Source of the DNA: Candidatus Omnitrophota bacterium
GTDB taxonomy: Bacteria > Omnitrophota > Gorgyraeia > DTHP01
Length of the DNA: 64,000 nucleotides
Assembly (NCBI GenBank): GCA_023819145.1
Contig: JAMWCW010000001.1
Span: 2,400-66,399, forward strand
Reading direction: 5' to 3'
A program made the translations under genes and the position numbers. Of this stretch, positions 46,416-55,680 are shown in pieces; the stretch's first letter is position 1, and each line of letters starts with the position of its first letter. The notes beneath the pieces are model-generated. The model had not been told where the DNA came from. It searched no databases and saw only the letters and a list, made by a program, of their open reading frames with translations.

Positions 46416-48245
46416 ATGGTGAAAGAAGTTTCTAACAAATATGTAGAGATAAAACGTGGACTTTCTCGATTGGAAAAGTCTAAATTAGGACTTTTCTTTC
46501 TTTCATTGTCCTTTGTTTACTCATTATTTATCTTCACCATTAATTTTGACTTTGATAAAGTTAATATTACCCGAAGGATAAAGAGTCCTCTTCTAGATTT
46601 AGCTTCCTTGCGTGATGGAACAGATTTTTTCCCTTTTATGCTCTGGGAGGGGAAATTTACTGAGATTGTTTCTCGTAAAGAAGTTGCCAAGGAAAGAGTG
46701 GCTATTTATATTTGTAGAGGAGAGGGGAGGGTTTTAAAATTTTTAGTGGAGGTTCCCCAGGTTGAGGCATTGTCTAAGGATGACTTTGAAACAGTCTCTA
46801 ACTATGTTGCCCTTAAGATTTATCACGCCCTTACTTTATTTGGTGGAGAAAGTTTAGTTATTAATGGAAGCCCTAAGCTTTATGAGTCGGTCAAAGATAG
46901 GATTTTAAACTCTCTTTCCAAACAGGGAATGGATATAGGAAGTTTCTTAAAAATGGTCAGGGAAATTGACTCTTTTGATATTAACAGATATGCAAATTTA
47001 GAGGATACAGAAAAAACTCAATTAGAAAGACTTGCCAAGCCCATCGAATCACTTTTTGATTGTGAAGAAGATAGCCGTATTGCAATTATTCCTCGTTCAG
47101 AAATGCAGGGGACGGTGATTGGTTTAGATTTTGGTGGATCAGATATTAAAATTTCTGTTTTAATAAATGGAGATTCTAAATTTGAGAAGAAATTAAAATG
47201 GGATTCAAGTCATTTTTCATCTCTTGAAGAGCATAAAAGATATGCCAAAGCTCTTTTAAATTTCGCTCGATATTATGTTTCTTTAGAAGCTGTTAAATCA
47301 AAATATTCTGAATTATTTAAAGAATTTAGAGAAGCGAAGGAAAGATACGAAATTAGCCCTGCAGAGTTAGAAGATTTAGTTGAACTAGCTAAATCTTTGG
47401 GTATTAAGCCGTTGGAAGTAAAAGGGTTGGGTATTAGTATTGCTTGTGCGGTGCATAATGGCAGAATTACTGGGCCCGCACCAATGGTGGGAGGCCTGAA
47501 TATAAATGACCCAACGATAAAAGAGGAGGTGGCAGAATTCGGTTTTTGGATAGGTGAAAAATTATTGGGTTTACAACGTGAAAGAATAAAGATAATTAAT
47601 GATGGTGATGCGGGAGCAGTATATTCTTCAGCCAATCTTGGTTTAAGAAATGTTTTAACTTGGAGTTTAGGAACCGGATTGGCTACAGGATACGTGGATA
47701 GAAATGGGAGGATTGCTACAGATTTACTTACCGAAGGAGGAAATATTGTGCTGGATATGTCTCAGTTTTATAGAGACGATCCCATTGGTCATTCCGTTAC
47801 TGGGGTTCCTGGAGCCCTTCAGCAGTATCTCTCGCAACGCCCAGTGGTGAGAATGGTGATAGAGAAAGGAATTATTGACATTACTAATCCAGAATTCCGC
47901 AACCAGAGAGGAGATATAGACCAGAGAAAGATTCTTATCAGGATTCAAGAGATGTATAGCGATCCTGCAGTAGATAATATAGTAAAAAATCAGATAAAAG
48001 AAATATTTGAGACTATTGGTGTCTATCTTGCCCATGCTGTTGCTCAGGTTCAACCTTTATTAGGGATAGAAAATCTAATTATTTTTGGACAAGTGGTAGT
48101 GGGTGAGTTTGGAAGAATTGTCAAAGAAAAGGCAGAAGAGGTTTTAAGAGAACAATATCCGCAATTGAAAATAACAATTCATTCCGTAGAAAATCCTGAT
48201 TTTGCTCAGGCAATTGGAGCTGGTTATCTTGGATATTCTCCATAA
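46416..48245 (+). CDS. ROK-family sugar kinase with N-terminal TM/signal
   Basis: GLDFGGSDIK, INDGDAGA, SLGTGLATG, EGGN, AQAIGAG. Confidence 0.8.
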   Translation: MVKEVSNKYVEIKRGLSRLEKSKLGLFFLSLSFVYSLFIFTINFDFDKVNITRRIKSPLLDLASLRDGTDFFPFMLWEGKFTEIVSRKEVAKERVAIYICRGEGRVLKFLVEVPQVEALSKDDFETVSNYVALKIYHALTLFGGESLVINGSPKLYESVKDRILNSLSKQGMDIGSFLKMVREIDSFDINRYANLEDTEKTQLERLAKPIESLFDCEEDSRIAIIPRSEMQGTVIGLDFGGSDIKISVLINGDSKFEKKLKWDSSHFSSLEEHKRYAKALLNFARYYVSLEAVKSKYSELFKEFREAKERYEISPAELEDLVELAKSLGIKPLEVKGLGISIACAVHNGRITGPAPMVGGLNINDPTIKEEVAEFGFWIGEKLLGLQRERIKIINDGDAGAVYSSANLGLRNVLTWSLGTGLATGYVDRNGRIATDLLTEGGNIVLDMSQFYRDDPIGHSVTGVPGALQQYLSQRPVVRMVIEKGIIDITNPEFRNQRGDIDQRKILIRIQEMYSDPAVDNIVKNQIKEIFETIGVYLAHAVAQVQPLLGIENLIIFGQVVVGEFGRIVKEKAEEVLREQYPQLKITIHSVENPDFAQAIGAGYLGYSP

Positions 48246-48501
48246 AAACAAAAGATAAAATAAATTTAATCACTAAATTCAAACTCTAAATATCAAAATG
48301 CGTAGCACAAAATAGGTTTCTAAGACAAATCGTAAAGACAAATGTTCGTAACTCAATAGAAAATGTTTTAATATAGAGGATATTGCTCATACGAAGTAAT
48401 TTTATAGAGAATGTCCTTAGTGGGAAAGATTGGCAATCTGAAGTTAATAAGAGATGAATGTAGTATTTTAAAAAATTTTTTAATTTATGATTCAGCTACT
48501 C

Positions 48502-48529
48502 TTGACACTTTTATAAATTATGCTATCCT
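48502..48529 (+). promoter_or_regulatory. Putative sigma70 promoter
   Basis: TTGACA-16-TATCCT with TG. Confidence 0.45.
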
Positions 48530-48594
48530 TTTTAAGGATGCATTAATTTTTTTAACTTTATTAAAATAAAAATAATTAACTTAAGGGGGGAAAG

Positions 48595-50445
48595 ATGAAA
48601 AAGAATTTTGAAGGAATAGTTCTTTTTAGTTTTGTATTTTTGGGCATTTTTGTTATACTATTGAAAATGGACCTTAGCAGTGATTCTATCTTCAGAAGAT
48701 TAAAAATCCCATTTCAATCTACACAAACCAATATGTCCGTGCGTGAGGAACGGTTCCCTTTAGACCCCAATAAAGGAGCTTGGCGAGAAAATCCTACGCA
48801 GGATACCCACTGGCTTACTTTACCTCTTGATTGTCAGGGTATGCTTGAGAAAATCGTTGATTTTGCCCAGAGGCATAAAGGAGAATACACCCATATTGTG
48901 GTTATTGGTATGGGTGGTTCATCTCGTCCGGCAGATGTAATTCGAGGAGTTTTGGGGACAGAAGAAGGTTGGGCAGAAATCCATGTAATGGAAAACCTTG
49001 ACGAAGCAGATATTCAGAAAATTAAAGGAGAAATTGACCCTACGCGCACTTTGTTTATCTCTATTTCTAAATCAGGGACAACTGCGGAAACCAATGCCTT
49101 AACCAGAATTGCTTATGATTGGATTATTCAGGCAGGACTTGACCCCTCAAAACACTTTATTGCCATCACCACTACTTCCCGAGATAGTTTCTTGATGAAA
49201 TTTTTGAAAGATAATAATGTTCCTTTAGAAAATATTTTTGAACATCCTGACCAGGTAGGAGGAAGATACACAATTTTTTCGGTTATTGGGATGCTCCCTG
49301 CAGCCCTTGCTGGTCATGATATAAACACCATTCTTTCCTTCGCGCGGCAAGCAATGGAATCTCAGGTTAAGTATGATTTAGGTGAGTTTTTAGCAAAGAT
49401 GGAGTCAGAAGGAAGAATCTATATGCGCGTAGTTCTACCTGAGGAACTGGCTTCATTAGGCCCTTGGATTGAACAGCTGGTAGCAGAAAGTTTGGGTAAA
49501 ATAGACGTGGTGGGAAGGAATAGAGGCATTGTCCCTGTGTTGGAACGCGATTATGATGAAGGGATTTATAATGAGGGTACCTTTTGTTTAAGAATAAAGT
49601 TGGGCAGTTCTGATGCTCGGGATGGTTTTACTGAGAGAGTAAAGGCAAAAGGAGTACCTGTTTGGGAGATTCAGGTAAATAGTCCTGAAGAGGCAATTGG
49701 TGGGCTCTATTTATTAGAATTTGCTACCGGTATGGCAGGAGTTCTTATGGGAATAGACCCCTTTGATCAGCCCGGAGTAGAAGAAGGGAAGAAAGCTACT
49801 AACAGGATGAAAGAAGAGATCCTTGCCCAGATTAATCAGGGCAAAACTTTAGAAGAGGCCTATGGTGATTTTCTTGAAAGCCAAAGGAGTATTTATCGTG
49901 TGGAGATTGCTCCAGGTGTAACCTTGGATTTTGGAGCCTTAATGCAAGTGGCACGGGATGAGTTTTTTGAATTTATCTGGGAAAAGAAAAAAGATTTAGA
50001 TAATTTAACTGCCCAAGAGATTTATGCACTCGTTCTAGAATTTGCTAAAAGTAAGGGTAAAACTTATGGCGCAATCTTACCCTATGCACAGGAAACAACC
50101 GAAAGAGCAGTTACCTGGAGTCAGGCACGGGGAGTTTTAAGAAGGTTTGGATTGCAAGATATCTATGGAATTGGTCCAGTATATGAGCATTCATTAAGAC
50201 AATATTTACAACAGGGACCTGATAAAGGAATTCCTACTTTTATTGTGGTTAATGACATTGGTACACAGGTGATTCCCGGGGAAAAGATTCCTGGTTTTAC
50301 CACCGGAATGCAGAATGTCTTACAGGCATTAGGTACACAGCAGGCTCTAACTAATGCCGGTAGATATACCATAAGAATAGAAATTGAAGGACCACTTACC
50401 CTCGATAAACTGCGTGTTTTAGAATCATTTTTCAGCGGCATCTAA
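48595..50445 (+). CDS. pgi: Glucose-6-phosphate isomerase (Tal-Pgi-like type) with N-terminal signal
   Basis: GMGGSS, SKSGTTAET, VGGRY, EQLVAESLGK, PFDQPGVEEGK, GPVYEHS..Q..QQGP. Confidence 0.85.
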   Translation: MKKNFEGIVLFSFVFLGIFVILLKMDLSSDSIFRRLKIPFQSTQTNMSVREERFPLDPNKGAWRENPTQDTHWLTLPLDCQGMLEKIVDFAQRHKGEYTHIVVIGMGGSSRPADVIRGVLGTEEGWAEIHVMENLDEADIQKIKGEIDPTRTLFISISKSGTTAETNALTRIAYDWIIQAGLDPSKHFIAITTTSRDSFLMKFLKDNNVPLENIFEHPDQVGGRYTIFSVIGMLPAALAGHDINTILSFARQAMESQVKYDLGEFLAKMESEGRIYMRVVLPEELASLGPWIEQLVAESLGKIDVVGRNRGIVPVLERDYDEGIYNEGTFCLRIKLGSSDARDGFTERVKAKGVPVWEIQVNSPEEAIGGLYLLEFATGMAGVLMGIDPFDQPGVEEGKKATNRMKEEILAQINQGKTLEEAYGDFLESQRSIYRVEIAPGVTLDFGALMQVARDEFFEFIWEKKKDLDNLTAQEIYALVLEFAKSKGKTYGAILPYAQETTERAVTWSQARGVLRRFGLQDIYGIGPVYEHSLRQYLQQGPDKGIPTFIVVNDIGTQVIPGEKIPGFTTGMQNVLQALGTQQALTNAGRYTIRIEIEGPLTLDKLRVLESFFSGI

Positions 50446-50458
50446 CCGCTAACCTCAT

Positions 50459-50504
50459 CCACCTCGTAGGTGGCCCCCTTGCCCACCTACGAGGTGGGCA
50501 AGGG
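50459..50504. repeat. REP-like nested palindrome
   Basis: CCACCTCGTAGGTGG and its reverse complement CCACCTACGAGGTGG; core ACCTCGTAGGTGG recurs at 62451-62463. Confidence 0.6.
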
Positions 50505-50515
50505 TCTAAACGAAG

Positions 50516-51370
50516 ATGTTTTCTAAAAATATAGTTCTAAAGACAATTCTAACTTTTATCTTTTTCTCTGCAAATTTTCTCTCTTCTCTAAATCACAATT
50601 TAGCTTTCCGTAGACAAAAAACTTATGCTTATAGTGAACTTTATATTGGAAAAAATAGAGTAATAGTTTCTGCTGATTATGAAGAAATGTCGCAGACTGC
50701 CTGCCGGATGCTCATGGCAAGAGTTCATCAGTTGGCTAAAGAAAAGGAAGAAATAGTTATTGGACTTCCTACGGGAAATACTCCCAAAAGACTTTATGAA
50801 ATCTTAAGGACAGAGTATAAAGATGACCCTGTTTGGAAGAAGGTTATTTTAATACAGCTTGATGAGTATGTGGGAATAGGACCAGATTCATCTTTGAGTT
50901 TTCGCCAAGAATTAGAAGAACAACTTTTAAAATATCTTCCCTTTAAGCGATTCGTAGGTATTGTTGGCGGAGCTTCGGATATAGAAGAAGAAAGAGTGCG
51001 TTACGCAAGAGAAATAGAAGCTTTAGGAGAGATAGATATTTTGGTTTTAGGAATTGGACAAAATGGCCATTTGGCTTTCAATGAGCCAGGTTTTATTACG
51101 GGAAACTCAGTGGGAGTAGTGGAATTAACTCCCCAGACAAAAGAGGTAAACGATGTAGATTTTACCCATGCTTATACCTTAAGTCTTAAAACCATCCTTA
51201 GCGCAAAAGAAGTTATCCTTCTTGCTTCCGGAGAGAAAAAGAAAGAGATTATAGAAAAAACGATTTTCGGGATAGTTACTCCTTTTGTTCCTGCTTCTTT
51301 TCTTCAGAATCATCCTCAAACTACCTTTATACTTGACCGCTCTGCAACATCTGATAAGATATTGAAGTAA
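50516..51370 (+). CDS. nagB: Glucosamine-6-phosphate deaminase with N-terminal signal
   Basis: GLPTGNTP, LDEYVG, LGIGQNGHLAFNEPG, LLASGEKK, VPASFLQNHP. Confidence 0.9.
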   Translation: MFSKNIVLKTILTFIFFSANFLSSLNHNLAFRRQKTYAYSELYIGKNRVIVSADYEEMSQTACRMLMARVHQLAKEKEEIVIGLPTGNTPKRLYEILRTEYKDDPVWKKVILIQLDEYVGIGPDSSLSFRQELEEQLLKYLPFKRFVGIVGGASDIEEERVRYAREIEALGEIDILVLGIGQNGHLAFNEPGFITGNSVGVVELTPQTKEVNDVDFTHAYTLSLKTILSAKEVILLASGEKKKEIIEKTIFGIVTPFVPASFLQNHPQTTFILDRSATSDKILK

Positions 51371-51373
51371 AAA

Positions 51374-52933
51374 ATGTTAAAGAAATTTATTATCTTACTG
51401 ATTTTTATTCCTCTGCTTTCACAAAATTCTTTTTTAAAGCGTGATTTCTCTTATAGAAGAATCCTCGCTCCCAGAGCTTCTTTCTATTTGGCTACAAGTG
51501 ATGGCCGACCAATTAGTTTAGAATATGGGCAATTCCCTGATAAAGAACTCTACTTGCGTTTTCTTAACCCCCAAGAAATAAAAGAGGCTGCAATTAATTT
51601 CGCTGCTCGTATTGGTTCCGCAGATGACTTTTTAAAAATTCTTCTTACCTTAGGGGCCTTAAGGCAGTACCAAGCGAGAGAAATTACTCTTATCCTTGAA
51701 GACTGGACTCCGTTTTCTGAAGAAGACTACTTGTTGATTTCTATCTTCAGGATATTTGCGGATAAAGTTTGTCTTGCCTATACCCAAACCAAAGAGACTT
51801 ATTTTTTGCCGATAAAGCCGATCACTCTCCAAGAAAAAGTAACCGGTCCAATACATATTGACTATGTTACATATCTTACACCACGCTTTAAACCGACCGT
51901 AGAGGAGGCAGTTTCCCGTTTGCAAGATGCAGAAAGCGCATTTATTAAAGTAAGCCAAGATTTTAGCGGGCACTGGGAAGTTTCTTTACCTTTTAATTTA
52001 GTAGGGAAAAATGTCGTCATTATTCACTCTACAGAAAACTCAGAAAATATTTTGTCTTTAATTTTAACCAGCGCTTTAATGAGATTAAAAGGGGTAAAGA
52101 CAGTTTCTCTGATTAATACCTATCAGGGCTATAGTCGTCAGGATAAAGAGTTTAAAGAGGGAGAGTGTATCTCGAGCTACATTTTACTTAAAGTATTAAA
52201 TTCCCTTTTAGACCATAACTTTACGGTAAATGTTCACTATGGAAAAAAGAGCGGTTTAATTGATCTTTCTCCAGAGGTCTGGATAACTGATGATGAGGCT
52301 AATCGCCAAACCCTAAACGTCCTCACCCCCCAGGCGGTTTACAACCTCAATGGTTTTGTGCAGTTGGCAGAAGGCTTATTAGGCATCATTAAGAAGGAAC
52401 AGGGTATAACTGATTTGAGAAGTTTGCCCCTTCTTCTTATTTCTCCCGATGACGGAAGTTTCTTTTATGTAAAGGAAGCAGTTAGTGTACTTAGAGACCG
52501 TTATGGAATAGAAGCAATTTCTGGATATTTAAACAAAGAAAGGCTTGGTTCTAGCGAAGTAGTAATTACGGGAGAAATTCTGGAAAATGATGGAAGACCA
52601 CTTACTTTTCCTTATAGTTTAAAAGATTATTATATCTTTATCCTTGATGATGAAACCTCAACTGGTTCTACCATAAAATCTGCAGTTTATCATTTGGTAG
52701 AAAAATTGGGAATAGACTATAATAAGATTTATGCGGGAGTAGTCCATGGAAAATTTTCTTTAGGGACAGAGGAGTTTTATAAACTAAAAGATAAAGAAAT
52801 GCTTCCTCAAGTTTTAGTCACTTTAGACACTTTAGAAGTCCCTGAGGGAATAAAAACAATTTCTTCTTCAGCACTCATCGCGTATTGCATCAAGCGCATT
52901 TTGGGATTAACTGAGCCTATTCGTAGTCCGTAA
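51374..52933 (+). CDS. Ribose-phosphate pyrophosphokinase-like protein with N-terminal signal and duplicated N-domain
   Basis: QFPDKE, YSRQDK, SPDDG, KER, DDETSTGSTI, VVHG. Confidence 0.8.
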   Translation: MLKKFIILLIFIPLLSQNSFLKRDFSYRRILAPRASFYLATSDGRPISLEYGQFPDKELYLRFLNPQEIKEAAINFAARIGSADDFLKILLTLGALRQYQAREITLILEDWTPFSEEDYLLISIFRIFADKVCLAYTQTKETYFLPIKPITLQEKVTGPIHIDYVTYLTPRFKPTVEEAVSRLQDAESAFIKVSQDFSGHWEVSLPFNLVGKNVVIIHSTENSENILSLILTSALMRLKGVKTVSLINTYQGYSRQDKEFKEGECISSYILLKVLNSLLDHNFTVNVHYGKKSGLIDLSPEVWITDDEANRQTLNVLTPQAVYNLNGFVQLAEGLLGIIKKEQGITDLRSLPLLLISPDDGSFFYVKEAVSVLRDRYGIEAISGYLNKERLGSSEVVITGEILENDGRPLTFPYSLKDYYIFILDDETSTGSTIKSAVYHLVEKLGIDYNKIYAGVVHGKFSLGTEEFYKLKDKEMLPQVLVTLDTLEVPEGIKTISSSALIAYCIKRILGLTEPIRSP

Positions 52934-52970
52934 TCCGTAATTGGTAATCGGTAATTCGTAATTGATAATC
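52922..52970. repeat. Heptamer tandem repeat, consensus (C/G)GTAAT(C/T) x7
   Basis: cgtagtc cgtaatc cgtaatt ggtaatc ggtaatt cgtaatt gataatc. Confidence 0.85.
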
Positions 52971-52996
52971 AAATGAAATTATGATATAAGAAAAAT

Positions 52997-53488
52997 ATGC
53001 TTGATTACTTAGGGATATTTAGAGAACTTAATAAAGAAAAGATTAACTATATCTTAGTTGGTGGTTTGGCAGTCAACTTTTGGGGTATTCCCCGCATGAC
53101 CTACGATATTGATTTACTCCTTTATTTAGAGGATAAAAACTTAAAAAGATTTTTCCAATTGGTAAAAAAATGGGGGTTTAAACCAAAAGCGCCTGTAGAA
53201 TTAGAAGATTTCTTAGATAAGAAAAAAAGAGATTTCTGGATTAGAGATAAAAATATGAAAGCCTTTACCTTGGTTAATTCCCGATGGGCAATTTCTGAGA
53301 TTGATATAATCATTAATACTCCACTGGATTACAAGAAAGCAATTAAGAAAGTAAAAAAATTTGTTCTAAAAACAATACCCATACCTGTCATTTCTCTTGA
53401 GGATTTAATCAAGATGAAAGAGGGCTCAACGCGGCTTCAGGATAAAAATGATGTAAAGAATCTCAAAAAAATTTTAAGTAAAAGATGA
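52997..53488 (+). CDS. Nucleotidyltransferase-fold protein
   Basis: VGGLAVNFWGIPRMTYDIDL; SLEDLIKMK...RLQDKND. Confidence 0.8.
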   Translation: MLDYLGIFRELNKEKINYILVGGLAVNFWGIPRMTYDIDLLLYLEDKNLKRFFQLVKKWGFKPKAPVELEDFLDKKKRDFWIRDKNMKAFTLVNSRWAISEIDIIINTPLDYKKAIKKVKKFVLKTIPIPVISLEDLIKMKEGSTRLQDKNDVKNLKKILSKR

Positions 53489-53658
53489 AAATTGTAGGTT
53501 TTGGTTATCACTTAAGTCACAGAAAAATAAAAGAATACCAAAAAATGCCTTTAGAAAAAAGACTCCTCTGGCTTTACCAGGGAAATCTCTTGCGTAGGGC
53601 ATATCCTAAGCGTATTATTAAGATGCAGGATAAATTTCGCAAAGGAGAGATTTCGTAA
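53485..53658 (+). CDS. 57-aa basic protein translationally coupled to the nucleotidyltransferase
   Basis: ATGA overlap; MKIVGFGYHLSHRKIKEYQKMPLEKRLLWLYQGN...KFRKGEIS*; not in the ORF track. Confidence 0.6.
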   Translation: MKIVGFGYHLSHRKIKEYQKMPLEKRLLWLYQGNLLRRAYPKRIIKMQDKFRKGEIS

Positions 53659-53817
53659 TTTGTAACTCGTAATCCGCAATCGGTAATTAAGAAGCACAAA
53701 ACGAAATTAACAAGCTAAACGAAAATAACGAACATAACGAGTAAAACGGGATTTCGTAATTCGTAATTCGGCTGATTCGATATTTGTAAATTCGGGAAGT
53801 TCGTTAGTTCCGTAATC
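53654..53817. repeat. Block of heptamer (CGTAATY) and nonamer (AACGAAATT-like and inverse) repeats
   Basis: 5 heptamers at 53654-53688, 6 nonamers at 53700-53753, inverse nonamers at 53765-53810. Confidence 0.8.
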
Positions 53818-53968
53818 TGTCCCTAATGCAGTAACTACTTCTGTAGAACATCGGGATCCCGAAGCGATTATTAAATAAGCGAATTCATTTTGGATAAACT
53901 GTAATTTCTTGATAGTCGCATAATTTTGTGGTATATAATAATAAGCCAACCCAAGGAGGCTTTTAAGA

Positions 53969-54238
53969 ATGATATCCGATAAAGACAAAAACATAATTTT
54001 ACAAAATGCCAAGAAATATAAAGTTTCTCAGGTTATCTTATTTGGCTCATCTATTGCGGAGGGTATTGATGCTAATGATATAGATGTTGCTATAAAAGGT
54101 ATTGAGCGCCGCAAATTTTTCAAATTTTATGCCGAATTATTCAAAGCGCTATCAAAACCCGTAGACCTGATAGATTTATCAGAAAAATCCCTGTTTAACA
54201 AAATCATAGAAGAAACGGGAGTCAAGATTTATGGCTAA
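53969..54238 (+). CDS. Minimal nucleotidyltransferase (MNT antitoxin)
   Basis: ILFGSS...NDIDVAI...KPVDLIDL. Confidence 0.85.
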   Translation: MISDKDKNIILQNAKKYKVSQVILFGSSIAEGIDANDIDVAIKGIERRKFFKFYAELFKALSKPVDLIDLSEKSLFNKIIEETGVKIYG

Positions 54239-54656
54239 TCTACCGAGACAGATTATCGCCGAGAAAGAGAATGTAGAGGAAGTGCTCAAGAATCTTAAGA
54301 TTGTTTTGTCAAGAAAGGATAAATCCATAGTTGAATTGGCTGCTCTTGCTACGTTTCTGCATAATATTTATAATGGCATAGAGAACATCTTAAAACAGAC
54401 CCTAAAGACAAAAGGTATTGATATTTCTAAATCGGAAACATGGCATAAAGAATTACTGAATATCTCGGTAAAATCTAAAATCATTACTCAAGCGCTTGCC
54501 GATAAATTGTTCGAGTACCTTACTTTTAGGCACTTCTTCATCCATTCCTATAGTTTGATGCTTGAGGAGGAAAAATTGGCAGATTTGACCAGTAATATGT
54601 CTTCTGTCTGGTTGGAGTTTATGCAGGAGATAGAGCAGTTTTTCCCTCTTCCTTAA
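54231..54656 (+). CDS. HEPN (DUF86/HepT-like) RNase toxin
   Basis: LHNIYNGIENI, WHKELL, FRHFFIHSY (Rx4H); overlaps MNT gene. Confidence 0.85.
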   Translation: MANLPRQIIAEKENVEEVLKNLKIVLSRKDKSIVELAALATFLHNIYNGIENILKQTLKTKGIDISKSETWHKELLNISVKSKIITQALADKLFEYLTFRHFFIHSYSLMLEEEKLADLTSNMSSVWLEFMQEIEQFFPLP

Positions 54657-54870
54657 TTCGACTAATTCGTTGGTTGTAAATTTGAGAAATTCGTTAATTC
54701 CGTAATCGGTAAACTGTAATCGGTAATCCGTAATCAAAAAAGTGTAAAGTTTAAAGTGCAAAGCGTAAAACAAGCTCAACAAAATTAACTAACCAAACGA
54801 AAATAACGAAATTAACGAACCAACGAACCCAACGAAATTAACGAACCTAACGAGCCCAACGAACACAACG
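54655..54870. repeat. Block of inverse nonamers, CGTAATC heptamers, AAAGTGT heptamers and AACGAA(A/C)NN nonamers
   Basis: Directly visible degenerate tandem arrays. Confidence 0.8.
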
Positions 54871-54987
54871 TCACCACCCCTTGAATATTTAAGGGAATCG
54901 TGTTATATTTAATATAGGGATTGAGAATTTGGAATTGGTAATTCGTAAAACTGACGATTGATAACTAAAAAAATAATTTTTGAGCCC

Positions 54988-55016
54988 TTGACAAAACTTA
55001 AAAAGCATGTTATATT
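54988..55016 (+). promoter_or_regulatory. sigma70 promoter with extended -10
   Basis: TTGACA-17-TATATT; nearly identical to 31908-31936. Confidence 0.65.
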
Positions 55017-55195
55017 TAATTATAGAGAGGGAAATAAGCGTTCTTTGAAAAAGAGTTTATAAGGGGGTGAGAAAAAAATAAAAATTAAATATCAAAGATT
55101 TTAAATTCCATACTCGTGCATCGGCTGTTCCGACGCATTAAAATAAATTCTTAAAAATCGTTACCATTCGTGAATAAAAAAGAAGGAGGGAGAAG

Positions 55196-55660
55196 ATGAA
55201 AAAGATAATAGGAGGAGTGATCGTTGCAACAATAATATTAATTCCCCTGAATGTTTTAGCAGTTGAGGTAAGCAATACACAGTTTGGCGCGATGGTACAA
55301 GATAGCATTACAGAAACTACGATTCAAGGAATGCGAATAAGCGGTCCTCAATTAAGGGATCTGATTGTTCAGCCGCCAGCTTTTCTGCAGGCCGAAATTA
55401 ATGCTATCGTTGGAATATTTAATGCGATTGATATAGAGGGGCTTGCAAGCTCCGGTAAAACGGTCTCGGAGATAGTTAGTGAAAATCAGGCAGCATTAGA
55501 AGCAATAGTTAGACGATTACTAATAGCTCATGTCTTAAAGACAAAAGGTATCGCAAACCAAGCTGCTAAGCAAGAGGCAGAATTGGTTGTTAATGGGATT
55601 CTTCGAAGTGAAGCTGGCAGAGCTTTTCTCAATCAAACAATAACGAATTTAGTGGATTAG
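55196..55660 (+). CDS. Secreted hypothetical protein
   Basis: AAGGAGG RBS; signal peptide ending VLA. Confidence 0.75.
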   Translation: MKKIIGGVIVATIILIPLNVLAVEVSNTQFGAMVQDSITETTIQGMRISGPQLRDLIVQPPAFLQAEINAIVGIFNAIDIEGLASSGKTVSEIVSENQAALEAIVRRLLIAHVLKTKGIANQAAKQEAELVVNGILRSEAGRAFLNQTITNLVD

Positions 55661-55680
55661 ATTAGTTAATAAGAAGGGGG

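Noticed and set aside
40530-52933. Twin-arginine motifs as Tat signals
   Set aside because: RR follows rather than precedes the hydrophobic region and lacks the S/T-R-R-x-F-L-K context
53707-54782. Minus-strand ORFs 53707-54012 and 54453-54782
   Set aside because: Translations of repeat arrays (ITDYRL-type) overlapping real plus-strand genes
53654-54870. Short repeat arrays as CRISPR or integron attC sites
   Set aside because: Units are 7-9 bp in tandem without unique spacers; no cas or integrase genes; no clear attC R/L boxes
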